From the NCBI GenBank assembly GCA_008680965.1, contig NAKE01000001.1, forward strand, positions 2,070,865 through 2,134,864: 64,000 nucleotides of DNA, given 5' to 3'. Below the pieces are notes generated by a model that was not told the origin of the DNA, made no database searches, and worked only from the letters and a program-made list of their open reading frames with translations. Below, in pieces: positions 11,544-20,020 of the stretch. How positions within the stretch are numbered: position 1 is the stretch's first letter; every line of letters starts with the position of its first letter. This stretch comes from Collinsella aerofaciens (GTDB taxonomy: Bacteria > Actinomycetota > Coriobacteriia > Coriobacteriales > Coriobacteriaceae). The position numbers and the translations under genes are program-made.

Positions 11544-12755
11544 CTATACCCCAAAAACGTAGCGGTCCAGGCGCTCACACGCCTCCTTTACCCGCGAAAG
11601 CGGCAGTGCCAGATTCACGCGGATGTGACAGGGCCCGTGGAACGAGCGGCCGTCCTGATACCCCACGCCCACGCGCGCCCCCTCGTCGAGCAGCCACTGA
11701 ATATCGCGGCCATGCTCGAGGCACCACTCGGTGCAGTCCAGAAACACCATGTACGTGCCCTGCGGACGCGAATAGCCCACGCCCTCAAAATGCTCGTCCA
11801 CGTAATCGCAGAAGTAGTCAATGTTGCCCTGGATGACCTGGTTGAGCTCATCGACCCACTCGTAGCCCTGCGGCTGGTAGGCGCCGATAAGCGCGTGCAT
11901 CGAAAGGACGTTCATCTCGTTGTAGTGAGTCTTGTTGGACACGGCGCACACGCGGTCGCGCAGCGTCTCGTTATAGATGATGTGGTAGCTGCCGACCAGG
12001 CCCGCCAGGTTGAACGTCTTGCTGGGCGCGTAGAGGGCAACCGTGCGCATGCGGGCATCCTCGCTCACCGACTGCGTCGGGATATGTCTGTGACCCGGCA
12101 GGATGATATCGGACCAAATCTCATCCGAGATCACCACGCAATCATGCTGGCGATAGATGTCCATGGCGCGCTCGATCTCGTCGCGCTCCCATACGCGCCC
12201 GCAGGGATTGTGCGGCGAGCAGAACACCGCGGCATGGATGTGGTTTTGGGCGAGCTTGCGCTCCATGTCCTCAAAGTCCATACGCCACACGCCTTGGTCG
12301 TCGAGCTTAAGCGGGCTGTGGACAATGCGATAGCCCGCGGCTTCGATAGACTTGGTAAAGCCGATGTAGGTGGGGCTGTGGACCAGCACCGCATCGCCCG
12401 GCTGGACATACGCGCGCAGCGTCGACACAACACCGCCCAGCACGCCGTTTTCGTAACCGATATGTTCAGGGCGCAGACCCTCGACGCCATTGCGGCGGCT
12501 CTGCCATTCGATGATGCGGTCAGAGTACTCGGCACGCGGATCAAAGTAGCCAAACATGGGGTGCTGGGCACGCTGAATGATGTGTTCCTGGACCGTGGGC
12601 ACCGTGGCGAAGTTCATGTCCGCCACCCACATGGGAATGCGATCGAAGCCCTCGTCGGGTGCGTTTGGAGCCATGCCGGGGATCTCACCCCAAGAATCAA
12701 CGGCGATGGAGTCCATGCCGTGGCGGTCGATAAGCGAAGTAAAGTCGTATTTCAT
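11544..12755 (-). CDS. MalY/PatB family PLP-dependent C-S lyase (cystathionine beta-lyase type aminotransferase class I/II)
   Basis: N-terminus MKYDFTSLIDRHGMDS and the PLP-lysine region YAPSKTFNLAG. The large + ORF 11451..12887 is its antisense shadow. Confidence 0.8.
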   Translation of the reverse strand: MKYDFTSLIDRHGMDSIAVDSWGEIPGMAPNAPDEGFDRIPMWVADMNFATVPTVQEHIIQRAQHPMFGYFDPRAEYSDRIIEWQSRRNGVEGLRPEHIGYENGVLGGVVSTLRAYVQPGDAVLVHSPTYIGFTKSIEAAGYRIVHSPLKLDDQGVWRMDFEDMERKLAQNHIHAAVFCSPHNPCGRVWERDEIERAMDIYRQHDCVVISDEIWSDIILPGHRHIPTQSVSEDARMRTVALYAPSKTFNLAGLVGSYHIIYNETLRDRVCAVSNKTHYNEMNVLSMHALIGAYQPQGYEWVDELNQVIQGNIDYFCDYVDEHFEGVGYSRPQGTYMVFLDCTEWCLEHGRDIQWLLDEGARVGVGYQDGRSFHGPCHIRVNLALPLSRVKEACERLDRYVFGV

Positions 12756-12867
12756 CCTGGGCTCCCATGCAAAGCGGATTGTTTTGGTAGGCGTTATTGT
12801 CCACCAGCATGGGCGGTTTTGGCATGGGGTTTGGCTCTTAATTTGACGGGTGCGGACGAATGGCTGA

Positions 12868-13614
12868 TTAGTCTTGCGCGTCGTTGACGGCGACTACGGT
12901 TAGCCGGGTTTCATCGACCGTAAAAGATATGTCGAGCCCGGCGAAGGCCAAGTGATAAACACGGTTTGGCTCGTGCTTGCTGCCCGCGCGGCGCGGATCC
13001 TGGCGAAGAACCTCAACCAAGCCAGGAAGCTTTGTAGGCGGGACCATATCCTGCAGCGCTTGCGGAAACTCGACGTCGAGCTCTTGCCACGGCGCATCCT
13101 CAATCCAGCCGCCGGTCGCATCCGGGTGGCAATCCGCAAACGGAATGTAGGGCTTAATGTCGTAGATGGGCGTGCCGTCGCGCAGGTCGGTCCCCAACAC
13201 ATGGATGATGGGACCATCGTCGGTGAGCTCGACACGATCAAGCTTGACGCAGGTGAGACCGATGGGATTAGGGCGAAACGGACTGCGCGTGGCAAAGACG
13301 CCCACACGCTCGGCTCCGCCCAGACGCGGCGGACGCACGGTTTTCGACCACTTGGCATTAGTTCCGGACCTGTCCTGCTTTTTGGCATCGGCGGCTATGT
13401 CCTTAGCCGTGCCGCCGGGCGTGCCGTTTTCGAAGCGCCAGAGCAACTATAGGTGAGAGAAGGAATCCAGACCCTCAACTGCTGCGTTGGAGGCAAATTC
13501 CGGTTCAAAGACGATGCGTCCCTGCAAATGGGGCGCCAAAAAGCTGTTGCGCGGAATGCCGAACTTCTGCGGCAGATCGGTATGTATGTGTGCAATAGGT
13601 TCCATGCCGGTCAT
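12868..13614 (-). pseudogene. trmO: tRNA (t6A37) methyltransferase TrmO/TsaA interrupted by one in-frame TAG
   Basis: ORFs 13447..13698 and 12868..13446 are contiguous in the same frame. The sequence reads ...EGLDSFSHL-TAG-LLWRFENG, and TrmO family members carry a conserved Trp (SHLWLL) at that position. TAG (13447-13449) is one G-to-A change from TGG. Downstream motifs RSPFRPNPIG and DGTPIYDIKPY are intact. Confidence 0.75.
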
Positions 13615-13752
13615 TGTACGGCATGGAGGCGTGGGGCGTTGTACGCAATTCTTCGCCGCAGCCCCCGTCGTGCAACCAACGGTTGCTTGGAAGGGCACCT
13701 ACTGCCGCGTATGCTTAAGCCATCAACCAGCAGAAAGCAGAAAGGAGCCGTT

Positions 13753-14580
13753 ATGGCCTTTGCAGAAAAGCTCATTGCTGTCCGTCGCGCCCATCACCTT
13801 ACCCAAGAGCAGCTCGCCGCCAAGCTCTTCGTCACACGCCAAGCCGTCAGCCGTTGGGAACGCGGCGAGGTCACACCGGGTATCGACATGATGAAGCTCA
13901 TCGCCGCCGTGACCGGCGAGCCCCTGTCTCACCTGCTCGAAATGCCCGAGCACTATTGCCAGAGCTGCGGCATGATACTCACACCCGACGACTGCGGCAC
14001 CGATGCTGCGGGCACCGCGACCGATCATTACTGCAAGTGGTGCTACGACCACGGCAAGTACACCTACGACACTACGATGGAGGCAATGATCGAGGATTGT
14101 GCCCCGCGCCTGGCACAAAACACCGGTATGTCGCTCGACGAAGCTGTCTCGCTCATGGGCGCCGTGCTGCCGCAACTGGAACGCTGGCGCGCCGTGCAAG
14201 AAAACGAGGAGCGCTACGGCGCCGAAGCGCGGGCGCGCTATGGCGATGAGGCTATCGATGCAGCAAACGAAACGTTACTGGATATGGATCCTCAGACATG
14301 GAACGACATGAAGGAACTTGAACGCGCTATTCTGGGCCAGCTCTCGATTGCCATGAGCGACGGCGAACCGGATGGAAGCGAGGCTCGCAAGCTTGTCGCG
14401 ATGCATCGTCGCTGGATTGCTCTCAACTGGGGATGCGAGCCCCAAGACGAGGCGTACTTGGGCCTCGCCCACGGCTATCTTGCCGACCAGCGCTTTGTTG
14501 ACTACTACGACAAGCCCTGCGGCACCGGCGCCACGGCGTTTCTAGTCCAGACGATCGAGTCGTCGTCGGCTCACGCATAG
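13753..14580 (+). CDS. XRE-type HTH / zinc-ribbon / TipAS-like effector-domain fusion regulator
   Basis: AAAGGAG RBS then ATG 13753. HTH LTQEQLAAKLFVTRQAVSRWERGE; CxxC...CxxC (CQSCG...CKWC); C-terminal TipAS-like region (RYGDEAIDA...HRRWIALNW...LADQRFVDYYD). Confidence 0.7.
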   Translation: MAFAEKLIAVRRAHHLTQEQLAAKLFVTRQAVSRWERGEVTPGIDMMKLIAAVTGEPLSHLLEMPEHYCQSCGMILTPDDCGTDAAGTATDHYCKWCYDHGKYTYDTTMEAMIEDCAPRLAQNTGMSLDEAVSLMGAVLPQLERWRAVQENEERYGAEARARYGDEAIDAANETLLDMDPQTWNDMKELERAILGQLSIAMSDGEPDGSEARKLVAMHRRWIALNWGCEPQDEAYLGLAHGYLADQRFVDYYDKPCGTGATAFLVQTIESSSAHA

Positions 14581-14631
14581 ACTGCAGCGGCTTTGGGTAT
14601 TTCAATCGAAACCTCAACCGATTGGAGACCC

Positions 14632-14877
14632 ATGGCTACTGATCACGAGCTCGCGCTGTACGTTATGACCGGCTGCCCGTATTGCATAAAGGTCAAGCGC
14701 TTTTTGGCCGATAACGGCGTGACCATTCCCGAACGCAATATCTCGACTGACCCCGATGCCGAGCAGACGCTCATCGCCGTCGGCGGAAAACGCCAGGTTC
14801 CCTGCCTGTTCATTGACGGCAAACCGCTCTACGAGTCGAGCGACATCATCACCTGGGCACAGAAAAACCTCCTCTAG
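14632..14877 (+). CDS. glutaredoxin family protein
   Basis: CPYC active site, ~81 aa, GGAG RBS before ATG 14632. Confidence 0.8.
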   Translation: MATDHELALYVMTGCPYCIKVKRFLADNGVTIPERNISTDPDAEQTLIAVGGKRQVPCLFIDGKPLYESSDIITWAQKNLL

Positions 14878-15162
14878 CACTCATTGGGGACGTACTTAAA
14901 TGAGTAGGTAGGAATTCAGCTTCTCAAATTTATAGAACATACGTTTGCTTTTATGCTATACTCGCCTCAAGGCATGAGACGAGTCGAGAGCTCCTGCGGA
15001 GGTCCCCAATGACACGCTGGAGCGAGCTCGGTAAGTAAGATCGGTGGTTACCGCACTCGCCCATCTCAGACAGGCTGCGCTCCTGTTCGCCGTCGCCATC
15101 AAAGAACGGCACTCACAACCAAACGTTTCCGTTATCCGTGAGTCACACAGGAGTGCATCGTT

Positions 15163-16449
15163 ATGGCAAAAAAGATTCCAACCTTTACGTCCGACATCGT
15201 TTCGAGCGCCTGCTCAGATATCAGCGGAATAGTTGAAGCCAAGAGCCTTAATCAAAAGGGTATCGATCATGAAACTTCGCTTGAGGGGGCATTGCTCATC
15301 GGGCGCCGCCTCGAACAAGAGACCGCCGGATACCCCGTTACCAACCTCAAAGGATTGCTCTCCCCTGTCGGCGGCCATCTACACAAGCATTATGGTCCCC
15401 GCTTAGGACAATCCTATCTCACACGCTGCATTAAGTTCGCTCGCGCCGTTCCCAAAGACGTGCCACCTAGATCAGAGCTTGGCCTAACTCACTATGAGTC
15501 ACTCGCTCGCATTACAAACGAGTACCTGCGTCTGGAGCTCATGAACGTCGCGGCCGACAACAGATGGTCCTCATCACGCGTCGTGCTTCACGCCAGATAC
15601 CAAAGCCCACAAGATGCTCCAAGCAACAGGGAATTCCGCGAGCTCATAGCGAACCAGGAAGTTTGGCGCTTTGCACGCGCTTATACAGATGCTTGCGGAA
15701 TCATCTCGCTTGAGAAGTTTGTTGAGCTTTACAATTCTTGCGCTCCCAAACCAGTCTCGATATTCGAAGTAAATGAAACCATTTGGAAAATCAGAGACGA
15801 GTCGGGGCGCATCGACAACCCCTGTATGTTATCCAGAGACGGAGAGCTGTACCTCATAACGCCGGAACTTGATGACACAGTCGAAAACAACCCTTATTAC
15901 TACGACGACTACGGATATTCTTATCGAAAATATAAACGCCATAGCGAGTACACCGAGGAAATGCGTTCGTTACGCGAGCGACGTGTTCAGAGCAGGAGGG
16001 CGGCCATATTCGCTGCTCATAAACAGCATCCAATCAAAAAACTCGATTATGAGGACGTTGTCTGCGGATATGCCACCTACACACGGTTTGTTAACAATCT
16101 CAAACTGGATATCTTGAAGGATTCCAAGCTGAGTGCCGCGAGCCTTCACGCAAGAGAGGACGAATTCGATTTCATTATGGCAAAGCTCTTGCGCTCTATT
16201 GGTCTCAACGGCATGCCGACAGTGCAACAAATTAACGAAGATGCCGAATTTCTATTGATCGTCGTACGGCCCGATTTTTATGAACAAGCGAAGATAAACA
16301 AGGTCTCCAAACTCCTCTCGATAATCTATGAGAACACTCCCCTCTGGGAGTTCAACGGCCGCTCGCATACCGAACTAAGAAATGAAGAAGCGGTAGAGCC
16401 TCTCGTGCCAACTATGCAACCAACAGTCCAACCAAAACAGGCTGCTTAA
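15163..16449 (+). CDS. hypothetical protein; the N-terminal ~150 aa resemble the helical N-domain of YhcG/DUF1016 proteins
   Basis: ORF of 428 aa in a visibly AT-richer segment. The region YGPRLGQSYLTRCIKFARAV...LTHYESLARI...NRWSSSRV resembles the DUF1016 N-domain. No nuclease motif was recognised in the remainder. Confidence 0.5.
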   Translation: MAKKIPTFTSDIVSSACSDISGIVEAKSLNQKGIDHETSLEGALLIGRRLEQETAGYPVTNLKGLLSPVGGHLHKHYGPRLGQSYLTRCIKFARAVPKDVPPRSELGLTHYESLARITNEYLRLELMNVAADNRWSSSRVVLHARYQSPQDAPSNREFRELIANQEVWRFARAYTDACGIISLEKFVELYNSCAPKPVSIFEVNETIWKIRDESGRIDNPCMLSRDGELYLITPELDDTVENNPYYYDDYGYSYRKYKRHSEYTEEMRSLRERRVQSRRAAIFAAHKQHPIKKLDYEDVVCGYATYTRFVNNLKLDILKDSKLSAASLHAREDEFDFIMAKLLRSIGLNGMPTVQQINEDAEFLLIVVRPDFYEQAKINKVSKLLSIIYENTPLWEFNGRSHTELRNEEAVEPLVPTMQPTVQPKQAA

Positions 16450-16506
16450 CCATATTAACTGCTTGTATTTTTGTCTACAAAACTGTATACATAAAGAGAG
16501 GTCCCT

Positions 16507-16773
16507 ATGGAGCTCATCGCAATCCACCCCCATGCCCTCAAACATGGGCTGACAGAGACGGATATTACCTGCGCTTGGAACTCCGCTTTCGCATGGTTTA
16601 GGCGTGATCTTGAAAATGGAGGCATCGATTACGTTCTCGTTGGACTTGATGGAAAAAACCGCCTCATGGAGCTCATTGCTCGATGTTGCCCCGACCGAGA
16701 TGGTTACATCATTTACCACGCCCTTGTCCCTCCTACGCGCAAGGTGCTCAGGGAAATCGGAATCGATCGATAG
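16507..16773 (+). CDS. small putative toxin-like protein of a two-gene toxin-antitoxin (TA) type module
   Basis: 88 aa, 8 nt upstream of a ribbon-helix-helix gene. The toxin-first order matches BrnT/BrnA-type modules, but the family was not identified by eye. Confidence 0.4.
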   Translation: MELIAIHPHALKHGLTETDITCAWNSAFAWFRRDLENGGIDYVLVGLDGKNRLMELIARCCPDRDGYIIYHALVPPTRKVLREIGIDR

Positions 16774-16781
16774 GAGGCGCT

Positions 16782-17048
16782 ATGGACGCTAAACAGCTCG
16801 AAAAGATGATGGGGTTTGCTCCCGGTGAGCTAGAAAAAGCCGCAGCGGCATACGAAAAAGATGAGTGGCCGAAGGGCCACACCGTCAAGTTGGGAAGGCC
16901 GCCGATTTCCGATGAACCAAGCGTTGTTTTATCGGCACGTGTGGGCGAATCGGTTCTTGAAGCATTTGACGCAAAGGCAAAGCGCCATGGGCAAACGCGC
17001 ACGGAGCGACTCAGGGAACTCATTACACTCGATGCAATGATTGCCTAG
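16782..17048 (+). CDS. ribbon-helix-helix (CopG/BrnA-like) putative antitoxin
   Basis: TAGGAGG RBS then ATG 16782. The C-terminal half reads VVLSARVGESVLEAFDAKAKRHGQTRTERLRELI, a beta-strand followed by two helices as in RHH proteins. Confidence 0.5.
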   Translation: MDAKQLEKMMGFAPGELEKAAAAYEKDEWPKGHTVKLGRPPISDEPSVVLSARVGESVLEAFDAKAKRHGQTRTERLRELITLDAMIA

Positions 17049-17077
17049 TCCCCTGCCGAACCAAACATGTACGTCAG

Positions 17078-17132
17078 CATCCAAAAACGATATTTTTCGA
17101 CATCCTTGGATGCTGGCGTACAGTTTTTTGCA
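17078..17132 (+). terminator. hairpin plus T-run after the TA-like pair
   Basis: 10-bp stem CAGCATCCAA / TTGGATGCTG, followed by ACAGTTTTTTG. Confidence 0.5.
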
Positions 17133-17179
17133 TGGGTCCGGCACAGGCGATCCGTTCTTCTCCGTCCCCAAGGGATCAT

Positions 17180-18139
17180 TTAGCCACAAAAGCGGGCGAT
17201 GGGCGCAAGCTGCTGCTCGCGAAAGACACGGTCGACAGCGGCACGGTATTCATCGACCTTTTTGGTCTTGCGTACGAGTTTGTGAACGGTCGCTGGATCG
17301 GCGAAGGCGCATTTGGCGTAGAACCACCACTCCTTCATGCGAAAGACCGCGTTGCCCCCAATCTCGTCCGCATAGGCCGCAAACAGCATGTCATGGAAGC
17401 GTTGCAGCTCAGCGGCGGTAGCGGCAGGGTCGCCCTTAACCATGCGAGCCAGCGCGGGATTCGCAAGCAAGCCGCGCCCCAACATTACGTGGCGTGTTCC
17501 GGGATAGGCCTTCACCAGCGCATCCATGTCCTCAAGATCAAAGATGTCGCCGTTATAGGCCACGGGGAACGGCGCCCGTTCCAGCGTCTCGCCGTAAAAC
17601 TCTTTGCGCGGTGAGCCCGTATAACGGTCCTTTTGCACGCGCGGATGCACGATCAACTCCGCCAGCGGCATTCGGCAATAGAGGTCGAGCACGCGCTCGT
17701 ACTCGTCATCGCATTCGAGCCCCAGTCTGGTCTTGACCGACACCGGCAAGGGCGAGCGTTCGCACACGTCGCTCAAGAACACCTCGAGCTCATCCAAATT
17801 GCGCAGAAAGCCCGAACCCTTGCCCTTCGCGACCACCGTACCCGAAGGGCAGCCAAGGTTGAGGTTGACCTCGCGGTAACCCATATCGGCAAGCACCTGC
17901 GCCGCCCACACAAACTCGTCCGCATTCTTGGACATCAGCTGGGGCACCACGTTAAGTCCCTGGTTGTTGGCAGGATCGACCTCTTTAAACGCCTTGCCGC
18001 CAAAGCGATTGCCCACCCGCGGCGGCGGCAAAAACGGCGTGTAATAACAATCGAGCGCGCCGAAGCACTCCGCATGCACGCGACGGAACACATGCCCGGT
18101 AATCCCCTCCATAGGAGCCAGCGATAAATACATCAACAT
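17180..18139 (-). CDS. dus: tRNA-dihydrouridine synthase family protein
   Basis: N-terminus LAPMEGITGHVFR, NLGCP motif, TIM-barrel length. Confidence 0.8.
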   Translation of the reverse strand: MLMYLSLAPMEGITGHVFRRVHAECFGALDCYYTPFLPPPRVGNRFGGKAFKEVDPANNQGLNVVPQLMSKNADEFVWAAQVLADMGYREVNLNLGCPSGTVVAKGKGSGFLRNLDELEVFLSDVCERSPLPVSVKTRLGLECDDEYERVLDLYCRMPLAELIVHPRVQKDRYTGSPRKEFYGETLERAPFPVAYNGDIFDLEDMDALVKAYPGTRHVMLGRGLLANPALARMVKGDPAATAAELQRFHDMLFAAYADEIGGNAVFRMKEWWFYAKCAFADPATVHKLVRKTKKVDEYRAAVDRVFREQQLAPIARFCG

Positions 18140-18153
18140 CCATTCTCAAATCA

Positions 18154-18184
18154 ATGTGACAAAGGGACTGTCCCTTTGTCACAT
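18154..18184. repeat. 31-nt perfect palindrome ATGTGACAAAGGGACTGTCCCTTTGTCACAT (family copy 1)
   Basis: Read directly. Lies between the divergent dus and DUF3592 genes. Confidence 0.95.
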
Positions 18185-18256
18185 AATACGCCCACCGAGG
18201 GCGGGGATTCTCTATACTGGGTCACATATGACGGTATCGCGCCAAAGGAGAACGCC

Positions 18257-18784
18257 GTGACCACGTCGCAGATATCCCTGCTCGCGCTCATCTTGGTTGG
18301 GGGCATCGGCATCCTGCTTATCGGAGTGAGCGCGCTCATGAAAGCCGCCGCTCGCAAGAAAGCCAAGGCCTGTACCGCCGTGACCATGGGAACGGTCATC
18401 GACCATCGCTTTATGGGCGAAGGCAGGATGTATCCCGTTTTGGAATACGCCGTCGACGGCACGCAATACCGCGCGAAAAAACAATTCCGTGGCATAAAGA
18501 CCAAAAGCTTGTCGGGACTCCCCATCCGCACGCAAGCCACCGCCTACGAAGACGCCAAGGGCTGGCTGCACGTGCAGACAGGCCCCATCGCCCGCCTAGG
18601 CACCCTCGCGGAGCAGCTTTGGCCCCTCGGTAGCCAAATGACCGTGTACTACAACCCCAGCAACCCAGACAAAAGCTATGTCGAACGCCCCATCGTGGGC
18701 AACTTTGCCACACTGATGTTTAACATCGCAGGCTTCTTGCTCATCGCGATGAGCATCTTGCTCTATGTTCTTATCCAGCGCTAG
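18257..18784 (+). CDS. DUF3592-like membrane protein
   Basis: TM helix, beta-rich domain (GTVIDHRF...YPVLEYAVDGTQY...VYYNPSNPDKSY), then TM helix. Start set at GTG 18257 after an AAAGGAG RBS, because the ORF-track start lies inside the palindrome. Confidence 0.65.
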   Translation: MTTSQISLLALILVGGIGILLIGVSALMKAAARKKAKACTAVTMGTVIDHRFMGEGRMYPVLEYAVDGTQYRAKKQFRGIKTKSLSGLPIRTQATAYEDAKGWLHVQTGPIARLGTLAEQLWPLGSQMTVYYNPSNPDKSYVERPIVGNFATLMFNIAGFLLIAMSILLYVLIQR

Positions 18785-18847
18785 CTCAAACTGATGCGCC
18801 CCGCGCCCCATGCGCCGCAACGACCGTTACGACACCAAGGATCAGCC

Positions 18848-19981
18848 ATGGCAACACTTTCCGAACAAGAACGCAAGCGTATCCAGCGATACTGCATCTA
18901 TCCCAAGATTGCCGGCACAGCGCTTGCCATGGCGTTTGTGCTGCCTTTTTTGATCATTCCCTTCGAAATGATTGACGATATCGTCTTCCATCATGAAAGC
19001 TTCCAGGAGACGGGCATGATGACCGCCTTGGCGCTCACCGCCGTCGAGCTCGCCATCTTCTGCTACTGCGCGCTCGCGCCGCGCTTTGGCATGCGCGGCA
19101 AGCAGTGGAAAGAAATGCAGCACCGACTCGTCGTCGAGCAGGCTGAGAAAGACCACTCGGCACAAATCGCAGGTGTTATCGGTACGCAGGCCGCCGCGCG
19201 CCTGCTCAAGAACAGCGACAACGAGACCGCACGCAACCTGGGCGGCGCGGCAGAAGTCGCCGCTGCCGTAGGCGCCGTCGCCACCGCGGCAGACGTGCTT
19301 GCCGAAAGCTTTGCCAACGCAAAGGCCATGGCAGAGGCCTGTGGCGTGCCTATCCCCCGTGCAAAAAAGTGGATCGTCGCGCTTGTGGCACTGCCCCTCG
19401 CAATCGTGTGCGGTGCCTATATCCCGCAGCTGGCGCAGGGAAACATCGAGATGCAACAGAACGCCGCGGCCGCGGCCGAGCAGATCACCATCGCCCGCAA
19501 GGCATTAGAGCCCGCATGCGAGTACGTGTCCGCCGATGACCCCTACGAGCGATATCAAGATTACGGCTATCACGTCCGCGGCTACCTTCACGACGGCGAC
19601 TCCGATACCCAGAAGACCTATACGTACCTGGATTTCGACAACAAGGGAACGCTCAAGGAAGTGAGTTACATAGCAGAGGTCGACCCCAGCGCGAGCCTTG
19701 AGGACAACCTCGCCCGCATCGAGCGCGACCTTGACGAGCTGTTCTCTGCCGTCCAAACCGTAGACGTCAAGACGGTGAGCCCCGAGCTCTTGGCACCGCA
19801 GAAACTCCCCGAAGAGTTTAGGCAGGCATTTTTGAACGGCTCACTCTACGAGAGAATCTCTATCAGGACGAGTGACGACCTCATCAAAACGTATTACTCG
19901 TTTGATACGGATCCCGAGGACGAGTTTGACGAGTACACCCATCCAAGCATCCGTATCACATTGATGGGCAAAACGAGCTAG
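18848..19981 (+). CDS. hypothetical membrane protein
   Basis: ATG 18848; several TM helices followed by a soluble C-terminal domain. No family recognised. Confidence 0.5.
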   Translation: MATLSEQERKRIQRYCIYPKIAGTALAMAFVLPFLIIPFEMIDDIVFHHESFQETGMMTALALTAVELAIFCYCALAPRFGMRGKQWKEMQHRLVVEQAEKDHSAQIAGVIGTQAAARLLKNSDNETARNLGGAAEVAAAVGAVATAADVLAESFANAKAMAEACGVPIPRAKKWIVALVALPLAIVCGAYIPQLAQGNIEMQQNAAAAAEQITIARKALEPACEYVSADDPYERYQDYGYHVRGYLHDGDSDTQKTYTYLDFDNKGTLKEVSYIAEVDPSASLEDNLARIERDLDELFSAVQTVDVKTVSPELLAPQKLPEEFRQAFLNGSLYERISIRTSDDLIKTYYSFDTDPEDEFDEYTHPSIRITLMGKTS

Positions 19982-19987
19982 CCACCC

Positions 19988-20020
19988 AATGTGACAAAGG
20001 GACTGTCCCTTTGTCACATT
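19988..20020. repeat. 33-nt perfect palindrome AATGTGACAAAGGGACTGTCCCTTTGTCACATT (family copy 2)
   Basis: Read directly. Lies between convergent gene ends. Confidence 0.95.

Noticed and set aside
13447-13449. Stop-codon reassignment or programmed readthrough as the explanation for in-frame TAG in trmO and TGA in abiEi
   Set aside because: Many neighbouring well-supported genes terminate with TAG or TGA at the expected positions. No SECIS-like or PYLIS-like context was seen. Simple G-to-A nonsense mutations of TGG are sufficient.
18154-18184. TGTGA...TCACA ends of the palindromes considered as CRP/FNR-type binding sites
   Set aside because: CRP/FNR sites have 6-nt spacing between the TGTGA and TCACA half-sites. 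Here the spacing is 19 nt and the whole 31 nt is palindromic, which fits a REP-like hairpin better.
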